Shown one piece after another: positions 9,701-16,720 of a DNA stretch of 34,632 nt; the stretch's first letter is position 1; each line of letters begins with the position of its first letter. The notes beneath the pieces are model-generated. The model had not been told where the DNA came from and ran no database searches. It saw only the letters and a list, made by a program, of their open reading frames with translations. The position numbers were made by a program, and so were the translations under genes. The stretch is from Opitutaceae bacterium (lineage in GTDB: Bacteria; Verrucomicrobiota; Verrucomicrobiia; Opitutales; Opitutaceae), in the NCBI GenBank assembly GCA_039919035.1, contig JBDSGI010000459.1, positions 1 through 34,632 on the forward strand, in the 5' to 3' direction.

Positions 9701-9878
9701 CGTCGCTTGCCTTCTGCGCGAGCTCACTCGGATCGAGGACGCCGTTTTTGTTCTTGTCGTATTTCGCCAGCGTCGCGGCGTCGTTCGGAGACGCCGCCTG
9801 CGCGAACATCGAGGCGGCGCTCGCCAAGGCGAGTGCCACCGAAATACCTCTAACCAAGGTCGGTTGGGCTGTAGTCAT
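6774..9878 (-). CDS. TonB-dependent receptor (Opitutaceae type) with an N-terminal EF-hand-like motif
   Basis: Signal peptide from ATG 9878 (MTTAQPTLVRGISVALALASAASMFA), LTPFEVSTDKDVGYAAGNTLSG, plug motifs TPGSISVMTKEFMDD and ERYEFQRGP...FG, barrel strands, and C-terminal FQLNVTNVLN...PRKFVLSTTVSF. Confidence 0.92.
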   Translation of the reverse strand: MTTAQPTLVRGISVALALASAASMFAQAASPNDAATLAKYDKNKNGVLDPSELAQKASDDAKAAGAILLTPFEVSTDKDVGYAAGNTLSGGRVDTPLAITPGSISVMTKEFMDDFNITNMNEAGSWTMGFDLGTSVPNSDPSSISVYQNIVRGAPSTDNFPTRNGSINFGAADSYNTERYEFQRGPDTSMFGDGGPGGRQGSTSKRARFNSATAGFSLQGDTFGGHRATLDYSKGWDRFGLRFNALNQNAPGFQDGTPKIKNAWTLNAVTKLGRNTHVIAEFERVSEWNNLWSITNGDAQSQWDSVTVNNDNSALLANNNTNLNNAGLERMTVGANGSAPTMFVWNFATGDMQDYGGNQYRTRGINGAAIRIPYVGNRYLLAVPARRAAIPGIDKHFSAAPKDNVADRDASTTSLNVEHRVGNLFVRVGYVKNDFDNNTIWSNPSPNASIIDVNRLLPNGAPNPRFLRTFSDVEQNNIYSQDAIREFYGLATYRFFVPKWWDYKQQMSLNLSDRETQSENRTSAWRRTDNPAMSDPFNNANRFFYRVYWGDPRPDLGPVLSNPNGKVPGRWAYTDTVGNITDRAVQRAALTSQSAFFNEKLALTVSYSRDKVEVKNLPRLAAGLPGSTGAPDFKNLLGFTTAGNPFQRKETASSIAYGIVAYPFQTERLGFAKKFLSPLGFVFNYAENNQPPSSGVQNPLLDGTLPPLTHSETRDLGLRYSIPGGKAYLTVSRYQTTQRDNPAAFGSAGDIANIWTNLGYTDPALTTTTAGVGFAYSDPNSRRLEGWEVELTANPTRNITLNLNYSHPVSYIITESEDRKAYVAAHRAEWEAGAKAAQGAVINGKTILDPTLIQTALNNIDNSLNGLTTGTLENNQVRHRVNLAGAYSFREGMLKGLRLNTGVQYRGHGKNGSRDARLKFGIPDSAPNPTVLQNTQAAFDYLWTPPAWRNSLVAGANYTTRIGKYQTRFQLNVTNVLNHLEPIWGRSGPVGNFASAYTTLTTNQLFAGNSRQQILTSFVNPDPRKFVLSTTVSF

Positions 9879-10413
9879 GGGGTGGGAAAGCAAAAACAAA
9901 ATCCGTCGCTGGGGCGGAGCGATGCAAAGGGACCAGCCGCGAGCAGCAATTGGAAAAGCGGGGCAAAATAAACGGGCTCTTTCGACCGCTGGCCAGTTGA
10001 GGGGGAAATGGGGATCGGGAGTTTACTGCCGCGCCCAAACGCGTCATTCAGGCATAGAGGCTGGTTTGCGAAAGGGGTTTTTCAAGGGCCAGCGCGCCTT
10101 TGCGCATCCCAGCCGCCCTCGCCGAGATCGTCGCTTCGCATTACCACCCCCGGTCCGCTACCGCGGCCTGGCAAAATATACCGCGCGCCTCCATCAGCTC
10201 TTCGCCCGCTCCAGTCTCTACCAAAGCGATCACAATCTGCCCTGAAGCAAAAACGGCAGGGTGGGCGGCCTTCAAGCTCGACGGTCCAAATGCACAAACG
10301 AGCCATTCCTGGTCGGGCACAGCCAAATTTCAGTGCGGGAATGGTTCGATCATTTCAGGCACTGGGGTGGATATTCTTGAAACCTGCTAACAATATCTTT
10401 CCACGATCCCAAC

Positions 10414-11505
10414 GTGGCGTCTTCACTCCTCCCTCAACGAAATACTTTGGTCAGTCAGACCGTGAAGCTCTTGGAGATCGATCTGCGGGCCGCGCGTTGG
10501 CCAGATCGGCTGCCGAGCCAGCGGGAACTTTGCGAAGGGTTCGTCATCAGTCGCACCACCCTGCGGGCCGCGCTGCAGGAGCTGGCGCGCAAAGGACTGC
10601 TCAAGCTTGGACAAGGGCGATTGCCCACGGTGCGGGCGCGGCGCCGGCCGGTTAGTTCCGACCCCGCGATTCGCACGGTGATCCTGCTCCTGCCCGAACC
10701 GGTCTGGTCGCTTCGCCCTTCGATCGCCCGTTGGATTAGCGAACTTGCACCGCTGCTCCAGCGCTCCGGGCTGGAACTGGTGCTGCGCGAGGGCCGCCTG
10801 CCGTATCGTTCCGCTCCGGCGGTCCAGCTCGAAAAACTGGCCCTCTCTCACCCGCGCGCGGCGTGGGTGATCTTCAACAGCACGCTCGCCATGCAAACGT
10901 GGTTTGCCGCCGGAGGGCTGCCTGTAGTGCTCGTCGGGCCGGTTTTCGCTGGGATCAATCTTCCGTCGATCGAATACGACCACGCTGCGATCGCGCAGCA
11001 TGCCGCCGCCCAACTCGCTGCCGCCGGGCATGAGCACATGGCCATCCTCCTCCAACGCACCGGCTCCGCCGCCGACGCGACGACGTGCGACGCCTTCACC
11101 GCCTCGCGCCGAGCCGGCGCCGCGCCCCCGCTCCTGCTCGAGCACGACGGCTCTCTGGCCCAAATCCATTCGCGGCTCATTCGGCTGATGCGCGTCACGC
11201 CGCGACCCACCGCGCTCTTCATCACTAAGTCGCTCAGTCTGCCGGCGGTCCTGACGATTCTGCCACGGCTCGGGATGGAGATTCCTCGCGACCTCTCTGT
11301 GATTTGCCGGGAAGACGATACGTTTGCAGAATATCTGGTGCCCGCCGTCGCGCGCTACCGCTCCGATTCGTCAGCGATCGCCCGCAAACTGGCGATCGCG
11401 CTCGCACGACTGGCGGCCGGCGAGACGCTCAAGCTCACCCATGACCGGCTGATGCCGCGCTTCGTCGCCGGCCAGTCGCTGGGGCCACCAGCGCCGCCGC
11501 GCTGA
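10414..11505 (+). CDS. Transcriptional regulator, GntR winged-HTH fused to a LacI-type (periplasmic-binding-protein-like) effector domain
   Basis: LPSQRELCEGFVISRTTLRAALQELARKGLL is a GntR HTH. LPSIEYDH, AGHEHMAIL, RPTALF and GMEIPRDLSVI are LacI sensor-domain motifs. The start is a GTG at 10414. Confidence 0.88.
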   Translation: MASSLLPQRNTLVSQTVKLLEIDLRAARWPDRLPSQRELCEGFVISRTTLRAALQELARKGLLKLGQGRLPTVRARRRPVSSDPAIRTVILLLPEPVWSLRPSIARWISELAPLLQRSGLELVLREGRLPYRSAPAVQLEKLALSHPRAAWVIFNSTLAMQTWFAAGGLPVVLVGPVFAGINLPSIEYDHAAIAQHAAAQLAAAGHEHMAILLQRTGSAADATTCDAFTASRRAGAAPPLLLEHDGSLAQIHSRLIRLMRVTPRPTALFITKSLSLPAVLTILPRLGMEIPRDLSVICREDDTFAEYLVPAVARYRSDSSAIARKLAIALARLAAGETLKLTHDRLMPRFVAGQSLGPPAPPR

Positions 11506-11533
11506 CGGGAGGTCGGTCGGTCGCCGCGCGGCA

Positions 11534-11554
11534 CTTGTATCTCACAGATACAAG
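11534..11554. promoter_or_regulatory. Perfect palindrome CTTGTATCT-cac-AGATACAAG, candidate operator
   Basis: Perfect 9-bp inverted repeat with a 3-nt spacer, AT-rich in a GC-rich context, between the regulator stop (11505) and the receptor start (11676). The TTGTA...TACAA arms resemble GntR-family operators. Confidence 0.55.
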
Positions 11555-11675
11555 CTGATTGGTCGTGCAACCCGAAATGCCCTCCGTAGCCCTTGGCTCT
11601 ATTACCCCGATCTGTAGTAGGCAGCGGAGCTTTTCTCCCGCCGCAGACGCAATCCCTCGCCCCCTCAATCCCGTC

Positions 11676-14540
11676 ATGAATCCTAAATCCTTCTTGTTTT
11701 CACTCCGCACGACTGCTGCGTTCGCCGTTAGTCTCTTCATCCTTGTTGTGTCGTCTCTCCACGCCCAAACGGCGGGAACGGTGTCAGGCCGCGTGCTTAA
11801 CCCCGCCACGGGAACCTATCTCGCCGGCGCCAGCATCGTTCTCGACGGCAATCCGGGGATTAACGACCTTTCCGCAGTCGGCGGCGCGTTCCTCCTCAAG
11901 GGTGTGCCGCCGGGCGCCCGCACGCTCGTCGTTACCTATCCCGGGCTCGATGTGACCCGTCTCAACATCACGGTCGCCGCCGGGGCCGCGAGTGAAGTGC
12001 TCGTCGAGGTTTCGTCGAAGATCTACCAACTTGATGCGTTCAAGGTTTCCAGCGTGCGCGAGGGTCAGGCGGCAGCGATCAGCAGCCAACGCGCCGCGGA
12101 CAATATCAAGACGAGTGTGGCCACGGATGCATTCGGCAATGTGGCGGACAGCAACCTCGGGAACATGTTGATCAAGTTGTCCGGGGTCAGCGGCGCGCGT
12201 GACGAGGGCGACGTTTTTCAGTTGTCCGTTCGCGGCATGTCGGCGGATTTGAATTCGGTCACGGTCGATGGCACCCGACTTTCCGGAGCGACGACTCGCG
12301 GCTCGGGCCGCGCGTTTGAGATCGACAAGGTTTCCACCGCATCGATCGAGTCCGTCGAGTTGATCAAGGCGGCGACGCCCGACATGGATGCGGATTCGAT
12401 TGGTGGATCGGTCAACTTGAAGATGAAGAGTTCGTTTGATCGAGCCGGCCGGGTTTTTGATTACTCCGTCGGGGTTAACACCTACGCCCAGCGCGGCACA
12501 TCCTATCCCTCGGCGAGTTTTTCCTATTCGGATGTTTTCGGGGCGGAGCGCCGACTCGGTATGGTCCTCTCGGGCAGCTTCAATCGGACGTCGGGACCGC
12601 GCTCCTCCTTTCGCGCCGGCTACACCAATCCCACCCTCAGCGCCCCGGCACCGATGACGGACTTTCAACTTTCGGAAGACGAAATCCGTCTCGATCGCGG
12701 AGGCGTCAGTATGCGCGCCGACTACAAGCTGAGCAAGGCGGCGTCCGTTTTCGCCAGCGTGATGTATAATAATTTTCGGGATATCATGGATCAGCACAAG
12801 CAACGCGTCCGGCGGAGCAACGGCACCGCCGTTTCGACCGACGACGTCGTGACCGTGCTGACCAACGGTCAGTTTGAATACGAAATGGAGGATCGCGTTC
12901 GCACCGTGAAAACGTTGCGCCTGCTCGCCGGAATGAAGCTGACTTGGCGAGACTTTGAGATTGATGGGGATGCCTCAACCGCCCCCTCGATCGGGTTTGA
13001 GAAGCGCCGGGATCTCTCATTGCGCGTGAACGGCGTAAATTATACGGTCGATCGCACCAACCGGCTGCATTTCCCCTCGATCGTGCGCACCGGCGGCTTG
13101 GATCCGGCCAACTATGACAATGCCTACACTGATTCAATTAACCGGAAGGATTTCCACGCGAATGATGAAATCTCATCGGCCCAGCTCAATGTGAAGCGAA
13201 CCTTCGCCACCGCGTTGCCAACGTATCTCAAGGGAGGTTTTCGCTATCGGTATCAGGAAAAGAAGCAGGATCGGGCCCAAGACGTCTGGACTTATGTCGG
13301 GCCCGACGGCGTTGCGGGTCGCAACCCGGCCACCGGAGTCAATGATGATAACCTAAATCGATTCCGGGACGACGGGCATCGATATCGTCCCATCGATGGT
13401 TTCTACGCCCAGCTCGCGGCGTGGCCGGACTGGCGGGCCATGCATCGGGAGATCGCTGCCAACCCGACTGTCTTCGCCTATGATCGCAACAGGTCCGGTC
13501 AAAATCTGCTGGTCAACGACGGCAAGGCGAGCGAAGGCGTCACCGCTGGCTATCTTCAGGGCCACGTGAAGGCCGGCAAGTTCTCCGTGCTCGCGGGGGC
13601 GCGGTGGGAGAACACGCGCGTCTCAGCCACTGGTCCGGTGACCGACACCCAGTTCCCGGCCTCTCAGCCGGAATTGCGCTTTGGCGGCAAAACGACGCGC
13701 AAGACGAGTTACACCGACGCGTTTCCGAGTGTGCATCTACGTTACGAACCGCTGCCCGATTTTTTGGTCCGCGCGAGCGTCTCCACCGGAATCGGCCGCC
13801 CTTCCTTCACCGATCTCATGCCGATTACGACGGTCAATACGGCGTCAAACTCCATCACGCAGAACAACACCGGCCTGAGACCCCAGCGCTCGACGGGTTA
13901 CGATATCAGCGTTGAACGTTACCTGAAACCGGTCGGCCTCCTCTCGGTCGGCGTTTTCGAGAAGGAAATCAAGGATTACATTTTCTCCGTGCGAAACACT
14001 GTGCCGGGCGGCGCGGGCAACGGTTTCGGAGGTCAATACGAAGGTTTCGACCTGAACACCAAAACCAACGGCGGCTGGGCCCGCGTGAAGGGCTTCGAGG
14101 CGAACTATCAGCAGCAACTCACATTCTTGCCCGGTTGGCTCGGAGGATTTGGGGTGTTCGCCAACTACACCCGGCTGCTGACCCGCGGAACGTTTTCCGG
14201 CACGGTGGTCGTCGACAAGCTCGCGAATTTCGCGCCGGTCACGAGCAACATGGGCGTTTCCTACATCCGCTCTAAACTCACGCTGCGCGCCCAACTCAAC
14301 TACGTCGGAGAGCAACTCACGTCATACAACACGAACCCAGCCGTCTGGCAGTTTCTCGAACAACGCGCTTTCGTCGACGTGAGTGCGAAATACGCTTTGA
14401 GCCCGCGCTTGGGTTTCTACATCGACGTCTACAACATCAACAACGCGAGATACCTCAAATATCAGGGTCTCGGCACCCGGCCGGTGGACGACCAATATTA
14501 CGGCACGCGAATGAGCGCCGGCATCACCGGACGATTCTAA
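11676..14540 (+). CDS. TonB-dependent receptor with N-terminal carboxypeptidase-regulatory-like (Ig-like) domain
   Basis: Signal peptide from ATG 11676 ending LHA/Q, then GTVSGRV...GVPPGARTLVVTYPG, plug motifs VRGMSADLNSVTVDG and IESVELIKAATPDMDADSIGGSVNL, and C-terminal GITGRF. Confidence 0.93.
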   Translation: MNPKSFLFSLRTTAAFAVSLFILVVSSLHAQTAGTVSGRVLNPATGTYLAGASIVLDGNPGINDLSAVGGAFLLKGVPPGARTLVVTYPGLDVTRLNITVAAGAASEVLVEVSSKIYQLDAFKVSSVREGQAAAISSQRAADNIKTSVATDAFGNVADSNLGNMLIKLSGVSGARDEGDVFQLSVRGMSADLNSVTVDGTRLSGATTRGSGRAFEIDKVSTASIESVELIKAATPDMDADSIGGSVNLKMKSSFDRAGRVFDYSVGVNTYAQRGTSYPSASFSYSDVFGAERRLGMVLSGSFNRTSGPRSSFRAGYTNPTLSAPAPMTDFQLSEDEIRLDRGGVSMRADYKLSKAASVFASVMYNNFRDIMDQHKQRVRRSNGTAVSTDDVVTVLTNGQFEYEMEDRVRTVKTLRLLAGMKLTWRDFEIDGDASTAPSIGFEKRRDLSLRVNGVNYTVDRTNRLHFPSIVRTGGLDPANYDNAYTDSINRKDFHANDEISSAQLNVKRTFATALPTYLKGGFRYRYQEKKQDRAQDVWTYVGPDGVAGRNPATGVNDDNLNRFRDDGHRYRPIDGFYAQLAAWPDWRAMHREIAANPTVFAYDRNRSGQNLLVNDGKASEGVTAGYLQGHVKAGKFSVLAGARWENTRVSATGPVTDTQFPASQPELRFGGKTTRKTSYTDAFPSVHLRYEPLPDFLVRASVSTGIGRPSFTDLMPITTVNTASNSITQNNTGLRPQRSTGYDISVERYLKPVGLLSVGVFEKEIKDYIFSVRNTVPGGAGNGFGGQYEGFDLNTKTNGGWARVKGFEANYQQQLTFLPGWLGGFGVFANYTRLLTRGTFSGTVVVDKLANFAPVTSNMGVSYIRSKLTLRAQLNYVGEQLTSYNTNPAVWQFLEQRAFVDVSAKYALSPRLGFYIDVYNINNARYLKYQGLGTRPVDDQYYGTRMSAGITGRF

Positions 14541-15455
14541 ATGCTCTCCATTGCTACAGTAAATACCGCTACGAACGCGCCCATCGGAGTGATCGGCCTC
14601 GGCCTCCTGGGCGGCGAACTCGCGCAGCGCCTCATCGGAGGCGGGCGGAAAGTAATCGGCTTCGATGTGAATGCCGAGCGGCAAACCGCCTTCGGCCGCT
14701 TCGGGGGTGAAATTTCCCCGTCGGCTGCCGGAGTCTTGCTGAGCTGCGACCGCGTTTTTCTTAGCCTTCCCACCCACAAGGAGGTCGCCGACGTCATCTC
14801 AGCGGCTGCACCCACCCTGCGCCCGGGGCATATCATCATCGATACAACGACCGGCGACCCAGAGCCGTCCGAGGCACTCGGCGCCGAATTCGCGGCGCGT
14901 GGGGTCATTTACCTCGACGCCACCATTTCGGGCAGCGGATGGGATGTGCGCAACGGCTCCGCGATTGCGATGGTCGGCGGCGACGCGGCTGGATTTTCCT
15001 CGAGCAAAGACCTGCTCGACCTGATCGCACAGCAGTCCTTTCACACCGGTGGATCGGGCACGGGCGCCAAGATGAAGCTCGTAACCAACGCCGTGCTCGG
15101 CCTCAACCGCGCGGCGCTTGCCGAGGGCCTCGCACTGGCCGAGGGCCTCGGACTGGATGCCGCGCAAGCCCTCGCAATCATGCGCGCAGGTCCGGCCTAT
15201 TCCCGCATCATGGATCGCAAAGGGGAGAAAATGCTAAAGAGCGATTTCACTCCGGAAGCGCGGCTGTCGCAGCACCTCAAGGACGTGCGTCTCATCCTTG
15301 AACTCGGCGCGCAGGCCGATCTGCCGATGCCGTTGAGCGCGGCCCACCGCGCAATCTTGGAGGAAGCGGAAGCGGCGGGCTTGGGCGCGCTCGACAATAG
15401 TGCGCTGGTGCAGGTCTTGCGTGGCCTCACCAAGAAAGAGGCCGGCCCATCATGA
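14541..15455 (+). CDS. NAD(P)-dependent oxidoreductase, beta-hydroxyacid dehydrogenase family (3-hydroxyisobutyrate/tartronate semialdehyde reductase-like)
   Basis: IGVIGLGLLG Rossmann motif, LDATISG, catalytic-Lys motif GAKMKLVTN and KDVRL. It starts immediately after the receptor stop (TAAATG). Confidence 0.9.
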   Translation: MLSIATVNTATNAPIGVIGLGLLGGELAQRLIGGGRKVIGFDVNAERQTAFGRFGGEISPSAAGVLLSCDRVFLSLPTHKEVADVISAAAPTLRPGHIIIDTTTGDPEPSEALGAEFAARGVIYLDATISGSGWDVRNGSAIAMVGGDAAGFSSSKDLLDLIAQQSFHTGGSGTGAKMKLVTNAVLGLNRAALAEGLALAEGLGLDAAQALAIMRAGPAYSRIMDRKGEKMLKSDFTPEARLSQHLKDVRLILELGAQADLPMPLSAAHRAILEEAEAAGLGALDNSALVQVLRGLTKKEAGPS

Positions 15456-16702
15456 AGGCGCCGCTCTCGCGTGGAGCCCGTTTCGCCGTTCTCGCAGCGG
15501 CCTTCGGGGGCCTGTTGTTCGATGGCTTCGAGTTGGGGCTCATGCCGCTCGCGTCGCTCTCCGTCTCCAAGTCGCTCCTCGGTGCTAACTACACCGCGAC
15601 GCTCGGCGGCGACTGGTTTGCCCGCTTTACGGCGGCGTTGATGCTCGGCGCGGCAATTGGCGGCATTTTCCTCGGTGCGCTCGGCGACCGCATCGGCCGC
15701 GCCCGCGCTATGGGTGTCAGCATCTTGTTTTATTCCCTCTTCGCGGGACTCGGCGCCTGGGTGCAGACGCAGGAGCAGATGCTCGTCCTGCGTTTCCTGG
15801 TGGGGCTGGGCGTCGGCGGGGTGTGGCCGAATGCCGTCGCGCTGGTCGCGGAATCGTGGCCCGACAAAGCCCGGCCCACCGTGGCTGGTCTAATGGGGGC
15901 CGCGATCAACACCGGCGTCCTCATTTTGTCTCAAGTCGCTCAAATCTGGTCGGTCACCGTGGCGGAGTGGCGCTGGCTGTTCCACCTCGCCGCCGCCCCG
16001 GCGGGCCTCGGGGTGGCGGTGATTTTCTTTTTACCCGAGTCCCGCTCGTGGCTCGCCTCGCGCGCCGCGCCCGGTGCGAAAAAGCCAACGGCTCCTCTCC
16101 GGCTCCTCTTCCGACCGCCTCTGCTGCGAATCACTCTTGTCGGCATCATGCTCGGCTCGATCCCGCTCATCGGCGCGTGGGCGGCGAGCAAATGGATGAT
16201 TCCGTGGGCCGACAAAATCGGCGGGGCCACGCAGACGGACTACAAAGCTCTGACGCAGGGCTGGTGGGCGTTTGGCGCCATTTTGGGCAGTCTGGCTGGA
16301 GCGCAGGTCGCGAGCCTGCTCGGTCGTCGGTGCAGTTATTTTCTAATCAGTGTGGGTTCGCTCGTGCTGACCATCGCGATGTTTCAACTCACCGCGCCGC
16401 TGCGGCCGTCGTTCCTCCCGATCGTTTTTGCGCAAGGCTTGGTCGCCACACTCTTTTTCGGCTGGCTGCCGCTCTATCTGCCCGAGCTGTTTCCGACGCA
16501 CGTGCGCGCCACGGGCAGCGGCATTTCCTACAACGTCGGCCGCTTCGCCACCGCTGGCGGCGTGTTGGTCGCCGGAGCTGTCTTCGGTGCGCTGGGTGGC
16601 AGTTATCCCGCCGTCGGCACCGTCGCCGCGTTGATCTACGGGTTCGGGATCTTCGCGATTTGGTGGGCGCCCAACACGGCACCGCAGGATTTGCAAAAAT
16701 AA
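15452..16702 (+). CDS. MFS transporter (sialate/organic-acid:H+ symporter-like)
   Basis: About 12 hydrophobic segments, motif A GALGDRIGRAR, RFLVGLGVGG, and PELFPTHVRATG. ATGA overlap with the upstream gene. Confidence 0.92.
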   Translation: MKAPLSRGARFAVLAAAFGGLLFDGFELGLMPLASLSVSKSLLGANYTATLGGDWFARFTAALMLGAAIGGIFLGALGDRIGRARAMGVSILFYSLFAGLGAWVQTQEQMLVLRFLVGLGVGGVWPNAVALVAESWPDKARPTVAGLMGAAINTGVLILSQVAQIWSVTVAEWRWLFHLAAAPAGLGVAVIFFLPESRSWLASRAAPGAKKPTAPLRLLFRPPLLRITLVGIMLGSIPLIGAWAASKWMIPWADKIGGATQTDYKALTQGWWAFGAILGSLAGAQVASLLGRRCSYFLISVGSLVLTIAMFQLTAPLRPSFLPIVFAQGLVATLFFGWLPLYLPELFPTHVRATGSGISYNVGRFATAGGVLVAGAVFGALGGSYPAVGTVAALIYGFGIFAIWWAPNTAPQDLQK

Positions 16703-16720
16703 CCGCCCCAATTTCCCGCA

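Noticed and set aside
9900-10413. Cobalamin or other riboswitch upstream of the TonB-dependent receptor
   Set aside because: I could not find the conserved B12-box or core motifs by eye. An Rfam search would be needed.
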